A stretch of 61,459 bases of DNA, counting the filler. It is 10 parts of 10 records of this genome, joined end to end, with 100 filler letters (N's around TTAATTAATTAA, not from the genome) between each part and the next. Parts side by side here need not be neighbours in the genome. Positions count along the whole stretch, not along the records: positions 11,156 to 16,428 come from SRR15195285_2756; positions 16,529 to 24,792 come from SRR15195285_2757; 8 more parts are not named here. The stretch is one strand, 5' to 3'. This document shows, in pieces, positions 11,156 to 22,200 of this stretch. The translations under genes and the position numbers were made by a program. The notes under the pieces were generated by a model. It had not been told where the DNA came from. It worked only from the letters and a program-made list of their open reading frames with translations, and made no database searches. How positions within the stretch are numbered: position 1 is the first letter of the stretch; each line of letters opens with the position of its first letter.

Positions 11156-12080
11156 AGCACTGCCGGCACCCAATCGACGCCCCAAACCAGTACACCATAA
11201 TAGTGCCACTAGCCACAAATGGCTAGTGCCGCACTATACTAGTACTAGTAGTATGCGCCACTTAGCCATACTGGTACCAGCACTACTAGTACTATAATAG
11301 TAGAGTACTTACTATTCACATGTACACCTGTACTGTGATCTAGCTAGTACCGGTACACGTGTGTGTGCTCGATGCGTCTTCCACGTCTTCACAACCATCT
11401 TTCACCTTTCAGGCCAACATCAAGATGGAAACCCTACTTGGATAGTACTACTGCTATTACAGTACATGTACATGTACTGATTTTTCAAATGGTAGTACTA
11501 CTTGAGTACCTACCTACTGTACATATAGTGGCTACATAGTACTGTACCAGCTGCAGTACGGCGTAATGAATGGTACTAGAATATATAGTTGAACGCTCCC
11601 GCGTAGTAGTCGAGCCCGCTACCACCGGTACAATTCATGGTACTATGAATAGTACGTACGGGAATTTCTAGCCAGTTGTTCAGTTCCCGGAAGTTCTACA
11701 ATTGTACTATGATAGTATACTAAATGATGGTAGTGGTATCAGTACTGGTAGTACCAGTATAGTTGCTACTAGTATTACGAATGGCAGTAGGATCTTACAG
11801 TTGCTATCAGTATTGAGTACCATAATAGTACAGTACACTGTATACTAATGGTACAGGTCGTGTTGCAGGTCGTGTTGTGTACTGACATACTAGTACAATT
11901 CTATGATACTAGCTAGATAGTATCATCATCGCATCAATTGTATCCTATATTCACAGTAGGATCCTACTATCACGGATCACTTGTATTGTATCAGACTTCA
12001 TACGCGTACAGTTGTACTACTACTAGTACTGTACTGTACTACCATTCATGGTAGTACTGGTACTACTATTGTAGTACTAG
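11156..12080. repeat. AT-rich non-coding tract saturated with GTAC/CTAG short palindromes
   Basis: About 40 GTAC in about 920 nt (hand count); several perfect palindromes of 14-20 bp; no long ORF in the track. Confidence 0.85.
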
Positions 12081-12435
12081 TAGGACTCAGGGTAGACGCT
12101 GAGTTTGCTGACGCGGCGTTCAGTACTCGGTAGGAGAAGCAGCTGAGGCGGCCACACCGGCCCGCTCGCTGATGCCCTGGACCGTGCGTGGACGCTAATG
12201 CCGCGAGCGCAGAACCCGTACAGCAAGACTGCGGTGTACAGAAGACTGCGACATACAGCTCGCACTGCCCCGTCCTTCCGCGTTCGTTAGCCGTAGCACC
12301 GGCTGCACAGCACGTTTGGCATCCTAGAGATTGGAACAGCGCGAGAAGCTACAACCGCAACTCTGGGTTCCATGAGTTGAAGCGGCCTGCGGGCACGGTG
12401 CATACCACGAAGTTGTTGGTTGGGCAGCAGGCACC

Positions 12436-14722
12436 ATGAGCTCCAAACGATCCAGTCCCACTGGGGGCAGGAAATCATCCAGAGCTGCGCAGCAGCAATT
12501 TTTGAATCCGATCCACACAACACCGATGGAGATGGAATTCAACGACTCCGGTGATGCTGCAAACGAGCAGGAGGACGCGGGCTTCGATCCGACGGCGAGC
12601 GCTGACCCAGGGCAACTAAGGAAGTCTGAAAGGAGACGAGATCGATTCGAGGTCATCTTTCGGCGGTACGACGTAGATGGGAGTGGCACGATCGATACAG
12701 GCGAGCTGCAACTGATTTTGGAGGAGGTAGGCCAGACAGTATCAGACAATGAGATTGAGGAGCTTATGAAAGAGATCGACGCCGACAACAGCGGGGAGAT
12801 TGACTTCGAAGAGTTTATGCAGGCAGTCGAAAAGTCAAACAGCCGCACATTTGACGAGATGAACAAGGCCATCGAAGAGAGGGTATTTGGAAAGCAAACA
12901 AATACTCGGGAGCTCTTGCCAGGGGAAGATGGGTACGCAAACCCAAATGCGGGTTGCGGACTGCTGCACCCAGACACCCACAGGAGGAAGCTTTACGACT
13001 TGGTCCAGCTCACTTTGCTCTTCTACACGATGTTCGAGGTACCCCTGCAGATTGCTTTTGCGGACGAGCCGCAGCCGGGAGAGCTTCTCTTCGCCATCGA
13101 CTTGGGCGTTTGGATCTTTTTTGTCATTGATTTGGTCGTACAGATGCACACCTACTACCTGAGCGGACGGACTGGACTGTGGGTCTCCGATGCGACGAAA
13201 GTTCGGGCGCGTTACTTTCGCACTTGGTTCATTGTCGATTTTGTAGCCGTGTTCCCGGTGGATTACGTACTTCGGGCGCTGCATGCGAATAACGGAGCGG
13301 AGGCTAACTCATTTCGGATGCTGCGACTTGCGCGTTTATTGCGTTATCTACGATTGCTCAAGCTGATGAACTTCAGTCGGGCCAGCGCGGCACTCGAATT
13401 ATTCAAAGAAAGCGGGGGCTTCAGCGCGATGACGCTGGATTTCATCACCAAGGTCTTCGGATTGGTAGCTCTATGCATCTGTTTCAACCATCTCGCTGGC
13501 TGCATGTGGCTGTTCATCGGGCGCACTTACTCCTCCAGGATAGAGCCATACCCAGACGAAGAGATAGGTAGTTGGTGGGACGACTTGTATGGTCCGCAAA
13601 TCGATGCCGGCATCGTTGTAGGCCGGTGGAAGCAGTACGTGGATGCAGTGTACTTCGTGATGATGACCCTGACGTCAGTCGGGTATGGTGACATCACGCC
13701 GAATAACGCGGAAGAAAAGTGGTTCGCCTATATCATGATGTACTTTACGGCGTTTGTATACGCGTATGTCATCGGTGTATTCGCTGATATCGTGGCAAAT
13801 CGCAGGAGTGATCGAAATCTGTTTGATATGAAGATGCGCTCGGTCTTTGAATTCATGGACCATGTCGATGCCCCTGATGACCTGAAGCAAAAAGTAAAGA
13901 CTTTTTACAACTATCGATACCCCCGCAAGACACTGTTTGACGAAGATGTGATTTATGAGGAGCTGCCGCCGAAATTTTCGACGCGGCTTGTTTTGCATCG
14001 ATTTGAGCGCACCGTTCATCACGTGCCATTTTTCCGCAAAGCCACTGATGAATGCATCGTCGCGATATGTCGGAACTTCCATGGGTTCACAGCAATGCCT
14101 GGGGACATGATCCTGGACAAAGGTGAGCATAACCACGAGCTCATCATCATGGAGTACGGGAGAGCGACCGGGCTGGATGGTGAGATCAAAACGAATTATC
14201 CCGCCGGGTCATTCTTCGGCGAGATGGAGTTCCTGGGGCTGGCGGAGCTAAGTTCAATCGCTGTGAGGGCAGAAGAGCATTGCGATTTGTACGGACTCCG
14301 ATATGGAGACATAGCCGAGACTCTCTCGGAGTACCCAGAGGTGCAGCAGCAACTGCAGGAGTTTGCCATGATGAAACGGGCTGCAATGAACCAGCTACAG
14401 GGGCGTGAAGCTGGTATGTCCGAGCCCGCCTATCCACTCATGACCCCCACAGCCTTTTCAATCTAAACCGAAGAATTGTGCGAGATGCACTCGGATCTCC
14501 ATAGCGGTGTCGCCTCCATCTCGTCTTACTGGCTAATAACTTTGTGTGTTGAATGTAGGTGCCATTGTAACTGACGAGGATGCTCTCGCTGAGCCAGCTC
14601 ATGACGCACTGGCTGTAGCAGAACGTTTGAAGGAGTGCGGTCGCGGATCGCTCGAGGCAGTTTTGCTGGCGGCCATTGTATCACAGAAGATAGGTGTCGA
14701 AGACCTGCGGCCTACATTATGA
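12436..14722 (+). CDS. Voltage-gated K+ channel (KCNH/CNG superfamily) with N-terminal EF-hand pair; predicted intron 14414-14558
   Basis: EF loops DVDGSGTIDTGE and DADNSGEIDFEE; S4 RMLRLARLLRYLRLLK; filter TSVGYGD; C-linker and CNB-type domain FFGE; GTATGT..TAG intron with CTAAT branch site. Confidence 0.9.
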
Positions 14723-14934
14723 GCAGCTTTTGTGTAGTCCACCAAACGACATGGTGGGCACTTCTGCAATTTTTTGAACAGACATTGACAGACAACGCAA
14801 AGCCTGACTGTCGGGCGTCTCAGCACAACACACGGTTGCAAAAAAGCGTTTTTTTTCAACGCAGCTAGGATGGCATTCGTCGTGCGCAGTGGCCGTATAG
14901 CATCAAAATCGTGCCTTCCTGAAACTAGCGTTAT

Positions 14935-16428
14935 CTAGCTCTCACCATCAAGCAAGGCCTCGAGCTGTGCGAAGTCGTCTGCTGAGTCGCTCTCGTCGTC
15001 TGACGGCTCCACCTCAGCAGCAGTTGCCAAGACGTCGTCCATGGCGGCAAACGGGTCATCGCTGTCATCATCGTTGCCTGCTGCGAGCCAATCATCATCT
15101 GACTCCATGCCGCTGCTGTCATCACAAGGCTCGTCCTCCTCCTCCTCCTCCTCATTCTCTACCCTCTCATTTGCCTCCCCCCGTCCATCGTCACTCTCAC
15201 TAGATGACGCCTGCAGATGGGCTTCAATAGCTTCTGAACCACGCGCGAAGTCTGTATCCTTCTCGTCCCATCGACTGAACAAGGCTCCATTTTCGCTTGG
15301 GGTTGCACCTTCAGATTGATGCAATGTAGCAGATCCAGCAATTTGCGCTGCCACTCGTGCCTCTATATTTACAGCATCGGTGCGGGCTTGCTGCGGAGAC
15401 GGTCGTGCTGGAGCTACTGGGAGGTTTCGTGTAACGGGTCGCGATGGTGCCACTGGTCCGCCCGGCAGAACTTTAGCTGCAGTCTTCATCCTTGCTTTGT
15501 CTGCCACGGCTGGGGCAAGAAGTGCCAGCCGTTTCGCTGGGTCCTCCGCTATCTCTATGAGGGGTGGAGCATTGGTTCGTAGCTCTGAAAGTTCTCGTCG
15601 CAACGAGTCAGCCTCTGCTTCTGCGCCACTGACACCCACCCCATTGTTCACGGTGGTGGCGACGTCCTTCACAATTTTCAGCGCCTGTTGCAGATCCTTC
15701 CAGTCCACGTGCGAATCTGAGGAATGTTTGATCAGCTCTTCCAGTAACATTCGATAGCGTGGAATGCGCTGTACTGGCATGACCATGTAGCTTGCAAGAT
15801 CGAGGCCGCCTTGAACCTCACGGAGCTGATCAAGAGTCGCTGCAAATAGGGGGTACTCCTTGCGCATAAGCTTGAGATGCGTGTTTGCATCATCAAAATT
15901 CTTCACGTACTCCTTGTACACCCCAGCAAAGTAACGACCAAGAGTCACGAATACGTCACCAAGCTTTTGCTCTTGCGTCCAACGCGATGCATTGGTCCCA
16001 ATTCGTTCCTGCAACATCTCCAACAATTGCTCACTGAGCACGAGCAACGACTCGACGTTGCCAAACAACAGATCAATATCCTTCTCCACTGGGAATCCGC
16101 TGCTGCTGCTGCTGGCGCTGCTGCTCGGTTGAGGCGCTGATGCGCGTCCACTTAATGACAAACGTCTGCGTGGCTTTGGCTTTTCGGAAGGCTGGAGCGC
16201 AGATGCTTGGCATTTGAACCGTAGCTGGTCAACCCATTCTGCCTTCAAGCACTGAAGACCATCGTGGTATGTCATTTCAGTCGTCAGCAACTCCAATACG
16301 ATGTTTCTGCGCTGGTCAATTTGCGCGCGCTCTGCTCTATCGGCATCAGTGTCGAAAACAGTCTCCACCCGATCCTCCTCCTCCCCCTCCTCCGCCTCCT
16401 CCTCCTCCTGCTGCTGCTGCTGCTCCTG
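14935..16428 (-). CDS. RhoGEF DH-domain protein, 5' partial, acidic tail
   Basis: IVLELLTTEMTY, LFGNVESL, LASYMVMPVQRIPRYRMLLEEL. Confidence 0.85.
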   Translation of the reverse strand, partial: QEQQQQQEEEEAEEGEEEDRVETVFDTDADRAERAQIDQRRNIVLELLTTEMTYHDGLQCLKAEWVDQLRFKCQASALQPSEKPKPRRRLSLSGRASAPQPSSSASSSSSGFPVEKDIDLLFGNVESLLVLSEQLLEMLQERIGTNASRWTQEQKLGDVFVTLGRYFAGVYKEYVKNFDDANTHLKLMRKEYPLFAATLDQLREVQGGLDLASYMVMPVQRIPRYRMLLEELIKHSSDSHVDWKDLQQALKIVKDVATTVNNGVGVSGAEAEADSLRRELSELRTNAPPLIEIAEDPAKRLALLAPAVADKARMKTAAKVLPGGPVAPSRPVTRNLPVAPARPSPQQARTDAVNIEARVAAQIAGSATLHQSEGATPSENGALFSRWDEKDTDFARGSEAIEAHLQASSSESDDGRGEANERVENEEEEEEDEPCDDSSGMESDDDWLAAGNDDDSDDPFAAMDDVLATAAEVEPSDDESDSADDFAQLEALLDGES

Positions 16429-16528
16429 NNNNNNNNNNNNNNNNNNNNNNNNNNNNNNNNNNNNNNNNNNNNTTAATTAATTAANNNNNNNNNNNNNNNN
16501 NNNNNNNNNNNNNNNNNNNNNNNNNNNN

Positions 16529-18509
16529 TGTTGAAAGTGAAAAGGTATCAGTATCTGACCCGAGCAATGTTGTGACACCGAGTGAAGGCGGCTGGGAAGC
16601 AAGTGGAGGCGCTGGTGAAGTGTGGACCGTCGATGGATGGGTGTCAGTAGGAGAACCTGGCCAAGATGAGCCTGAGACAGAGGTCAAAGCAGCAGCAACG
16701 AAGAGAGTAAAGAGCAAGAAGAAAATCGAACTGCAGGTTGACGTCAAGCGTCGTGCGCCAAAGAAGATGGTTGATGCACAACTACTCGCAGACGCCGAGG
16801 CCGCAGAGGAGCGCCAGCGTCGGCGTGCAAAGAAGCGCAGTGAGAGAATGTTGGCGAAGCGTTCTGCAGCGATGCAGAAAGTTGAATGTCAGACTAGCAC
16901 GTCGCAGCTCTCACCGGTTCCCTCAGCAACGTCTACAGAGGAGGGTCCATCGCTGCAGCAGGTCGATGAATTTTCGGATTTTATTGTAAAGGCGCGGCCA
17001 CGTCCAAAGACAACGGAGCCTGGCCAGCGATCTGGCATCCATAGCTCTAGTTATAGGCGGCTGCCCACAGCACCGTATTTACCTCACGCTGCTCACTGCA
17101 TTGCACCTGCAAAGCGTCGCTCGACCAAGCATTCGCAAAGTTTGGACGCACAATTTGGCTTAGGCAGCCAAAGCATGCCGGATTTGGGAAGACCTGCGCA
17201 CATGGAATGGAGAGAGCGCGACATTACGATTGTCCCCGATGGAGATGAATATGTTGCCAAAATGCCTTCTGTGCCTACTCCTGCGCGAGGGCCGCAGCAG
17301 AGCGACAAGCACACGCATGAATCAGATGTAGGAACCGACTATCACGAGGTTGCAGGAGCAGACCAGGAGTCAGATGTATATCGTGAATATATCGAGAAAT
17401 ACCGGGAGACAGAGGAAGTGACCACGGCGTCCCAGAGAGAGGAACGTCCTTCTATGCTCGAGCTATACGAGCATGATCTAGTAGTGGAATACAAAAAGCT
17501 GGCATTGCAGCAGCCGCACCAGCAGCAACGCGGCAGTAGGATGGCTCATACTGACGTAGAGAGGGAGTTTTACGAGACAGTCAACTGGGAATTCCAAGGT
17601 CCGTCGCCAAGATCATCTCCGACGTCATCGCCGAGGCTACTACAACGAATTGGGACTTCCTACTCTAAGTCGGAAGCCGGACAGAAGACAGTCCCTACAT
17701 TGTTGTGTCAAGAGCGGCCTTGCATTTCTGGTCTCGTCGATGTCGACAGCGATGACGTGAATGCCGGACTGGACCTGAGTATCGCTGGTGGGCAGTCGCC
17801 ACGTCACTACTCTCCGTGCACAAGCACGCAAGTAGAAGCGGTCAAAGCTGTTGCGGGAGTGTCGAGTCCATTTGTGAGTCCTCGCAGTAGGCAAGCAGCG
17901 AAAGCCATGTTGCTAGACCAAGCGCAGATTGCAGGTATTTTGGCGCGTGCGAATCTTCAACGCACCTCCATGCGCGAGCGCACACCCGCTTCGTTCGCGC
18001 CGGATGTGGAAGCCCGCAAGCTGCCTCCTGGCGCTGTGGCGAAGAAGTTCAAGCTAGGAACAAGGGAGAAGTACAAGTCTTCCTCGGAGCGCACAGACCG
18101 CAACGTCCTCCAGTGGTTTGCAGAGCATGGATCGGCGAAACGGAGCATGAAAACAATGTCCAGAGGACCTTGTCCCCAACGGAAAGGGTTTACACGCGAC
18201 TGGCGCAACCCACCAGGCTGTGAATGGAAGCTTTCTGGTACAGTGGGGGCATCACACGGTAGGAAGAGCAACCGCGAGATCCAGGCTGAATTCAATAGGC
18301 TGCACAGGCCGAGTGCCTCGAGTGTCCTCGGGGTGTACGGTCGCTGGCCAGCTGGCAACGATGATGTAGCTGGCGCGCAAGGATGCAATTGGCGGGCAGG
18401 AGGGCTCGGAGAGCAAGATTGTCTATGGAACGAAGTCGTTCAGAACGCTCCAGCTGGTACCATAGACCGACCAGCAACCTCCCCAAAGTCCAGTGCTATT
18501 CTGTGGTGA
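16529..18509 (+). CDS. Hypothetical low-complexity protein, probably 5' partial
   Basis: Open frame of 645 codons or more from the contig start; no recognisable domain. Confidence 0.55.
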
Positions 18510-18664
18510 CTCTAGTAGCTACATGCGCAATGTGTAATCAGCAAGGCACGAGTGGGTTTCAATTATTGAACAGCCCGGGGAGGAACAATGTCTGACACCT
18601 CCACTGTGCGCCCGTTCGGAGCACCAGGTAATTATTGACACGTCAACCTAGGGCCCGCCGAGCC

Positions 18665-19149
18665 GAGAGAGAGGGAGGTGTAACAGAGTGTGCAGTACAC
18701 CCCCTGATGTGCCTAACAGGTGTGACGCCGTGTTTCACAAATGCAAATGCTATATGACACCATTCGTACAGTCGAACTACGGGCCCGAACTCTGTAGCGC
18801 ACTGGGCGGCGCCACCGCCGGCCGCTCGCACCGCCGGCGAGTGTCTCCCTTGCATTATACCAGTGCTCCGGGGCTGTGGGTGGACAGCAAGTCCTCGCGT
18901 AAAGCATCAGATGGACGTGACGCTCACGGGCATAAGGGTCGTATGCTCGTGAGCACGCATCTAGATCATCTGCAGTCATCGATGACTATGGGCCGCGGAC
19001 GACCTACATATCGAGGGGGTCTTGGGTAGCGTGGAGCGTTGGATGTCGGCGAAACGACCAATGTTCGGGTTTGAAAAGCGCTAAAAAGTCTTGACCATCT
19101 TCTAAATAGCTAGCGACATCGTAAAGGATAAAGAGCAAAATTGGTCACA
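18665..19149 (+). mobile_element. Candidate LTR-retrotransposon remnant (polypurine tract plus LTR-like segment)
   Basis: 14-nt purine run GAGAGAGAGGGAGG directly followed by TGTAAC (18679); a matching GTCACA end at 19144-19149. Confidence 0.3.
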
Positions 19150-19292
19150 TCGTGGACCCTCCATACAGTCCTCCATACTGCGGTTGAATCAACCACAAAT
19201 GGAACGTGCTGTAGGTACGGTACACTGTACCACTGTGGTTCAGCGCTATGGTTCGCCACACGGGCATAATAGCCCCATTTCAATGCAGTCGC

Positions 19293-22200
19293 TCAAGAGA
19301 AGAGAAACCGCAGGTCTTCCTCTGTTAGTCTCGCCAGCGCAGCGTTGCTTTGTCCCACTGTCCCCTCGAAAATCAGCCGTTTCTTCTCCTGCAGTCGCAA
19401 GATTCGGTCCTCGATTGAGTGTGCAATGAACAGTCGAGTGACCGTCATCGGACGGAACTGACCAAGCCGATGGATCCGATCCATTGCCTGGTACCTGCTC
19501 CGATCGATATATCATCATTCGAAGACAAACCCATGCAAGATCCAGCAACTGCCCATCGTAAAGTGTGAACCTATTTCTGAGCACATTGGCCGGAAGCGCA
19601 CTCGACTGCAGGATTCCACCATCTGATGATGATGAGACGACACAATCCCCATCGGACACTCAGCACAGTTACATCCACAGTACGTTCTCACAAATGATTC
19701 TACCAGGTGAACTCACGGGTCCATGAGGTAGACATGGTTGGCGGCGGTAAGATTGAGCGCAACACCGCCAGCCTTGAGGGACATCAGAAGCAGCTGGTAA
19801 GAAGAGTCACCCTGAAAGGCAGAGAGAGCGCGATCGCGTTGATCCACCGACATGCGACCATCAAGTTTGATGACTCCAACCTTTGTACCGAGTTCTATAC
19901 GCATATGCATGCACGCACACAGCCAATGATGGAAATGCAACATGGCGACGCTGCATCAAGGCAGCAGTGATGAATGGGTGCGCTTACCACCCGACTCATT
20001 CGCTTTCAGCAGGCGGTACTCGATCAGGTCCAGCGCGTTAACAAACTGAGAGAAACAGATCGCCTTTGCCGCAGGTTCACGCCGCCTCATTTCACACACA
20101 GCCTCAAGCAGCGCCTCTACTTTGGTTGAACTCGTCGAGAGGTGAGTTGGGTCTGCTTCGGCAATTCGCTTGAGGATTCCCTGTACGCATTCCCCAACCA
20201 CATACCAGGTAGAGTGTGTTGCAGCAGTTGCAGTCAGATTGGTCGTCTGAATGTACAGTAGTTTCGCTTAAACGACCAGATCCAGCTGTAGATCTATTCA
20301 AATGCTCGAATAAAGCTAGACAGATGATGAAAAGAGATCAGTGCCACCTAAATCGAGTAGACGTAAACTAACGCAAGTCCACCAAACTAAATGCAGATGC
20401 TGTGTGGTAGGTCAGCGTGGCGTCTCAGTAACGTGTGGCAAGTATCCAAGATTCATGCACACCTTGCGCGATAGTAGTCGCTGTTCCTCTGCCTGGTAGG
20501 TCACTGCAGCAGCAGGCGCCTTGGCCACACTTGCCCTCTGCCGTCTTTTGTTCCCCGATGCCTCCAGTTTCTGTTTAGTGTCATCAAGATGGTTGGGCTC
20601 GATCAAGTGTTTTTCTCGAAGAGTAAGCTGGGTCATGTCGACTGAAAGTGCACGTTGCATATGGGAAGGGCAGCTCGGGCACAGCAACTTTCCCCCACCT
20701 GCAACTACATCAATCCACGCGACGCCATGACACATGCTGCATCAGCTGATCATCATCATCACCAGCTGGATGCAGCCACAGAACAGACACACACACACAG
20801 CACTTTGGCCTACCAGATGCATCGATCGCTGTAGCCAGAAGGTCCTCCAAGCAACCGTGGCAGAATAAGTGACCACAGTCGGCGCGTACTGATCGTAAAC
20901 CCCCGACAACCTCATCAGCATCGTCGTCATCGCAGCACTCCTCCGCGCAAATTCCACACATTGTGTCGGCAGCTGCTGGGCTGGCAGCAGCAGTCGCAGG
21001 GCGGTTCGTCTGGTTATCAGCGGTTGACTCTGTCCCCTCAGCATCTTGCTCCTGCTCGAGTGAGAGCATCCTCGTCGCGGAGTACTCGACCTGCAAGCAA
21101 GAGAAAAAGGTCTTTCAGATCACTGATGCTTGTCCCAAGGATGCAAACATACGCACCAGCCATGGATGATTGACCGCCTGCCTGAGCCGGATTAGCAAGT
21201 CAAAAATATGGGCATAGTTGTTTACGACAGTACCAGACGTCACAAAAGAATTAAAGGTCGCTTGTGTCTGCGAATAGAGCGCTGGTATCATATCACATCG
21301 CACATTGCAAATTTGGTGTGAAATTTGGTGCGTGGCAAAGAAGGTGCCGAAGGAACTGCGTGAGGTAAGGCTAAGTACTGAGCTGGAGGGCCAACGTTAA
21401 GAGTCGCCTCGAAGCCATATATTGAAATCCAAAGACAAATGATGTACTTGAATGCATACCAGTGTAGTAGTCCTGCTCTTCCGCATTGAAGTTAATGTGA
21501 CGATGCTGAATTAGACGTGGTGGAAGGGAGATGTCGGCCGAGCGCTCCCGCTTCGTCCGGCGCAGTAGGCAGGCATCGAGCAGCTCAGATTTCAGGAGCT
21601 TCATCGCAGATGCACCTGTAAACCACAGTGCCAACCAACCTTGAAACTGCAGATACGCGTAACACCAAATTTAGGTACGCACCGGGGCCGGAGTAGCCGT
21701 GATTTTTTATCGGGTTAGCGATATGCTTGTTCCACCAGCAGTAGTGATTCATTTTCCCGTGCCCACACGCAGTGCATTTTCGACCCTCATCCCCAAAGTC
21801 GTAATTCAGAGACTTGCAGTTGCCTGCCCCGTGCGAACACCAACAGTGTCACCTTTTTGTTAGGTTCGGGATCAGGCCAACCTCATATTAACAACCTTTC
21901 GTCTGAGAATCATTGTTGCAGGATGATGTTGTCCGGAGCATTCACAGCCTTCGGCGCAGTTGCAGTAATAGTACGAGTACGGATCAAGCTGCAAGAAGCG
22001 CACGAGCGAGTAGAGCTCGGAGACTCGGTTTTGAAGAGGCGTGCCACTTAATCCCCAGCGATAACGCGCGCTCAGCTTGAATACAGCCTGAGCTGTCGAG
22101 CATGACCGGTCCTTGATACAGTGTGCTTCGTCCAGGACGATACGGTACCTTGAAAAGAGATAAACAGCGTTTCAAAGTAGACTTGAGCGAAATTTCGACA

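Noticed and set aside
11156-12080. CRISPR array or tandem satellite
   Set aside because: No fixed-length repeat unit or repeat-spacer periodicity
21828-21950. GC donor in a RAD16 intron (GAAG|GCTGTG)
   Set aside because: A GT donor three bases later gives the same phase and a good CAEGCNCKSL reading
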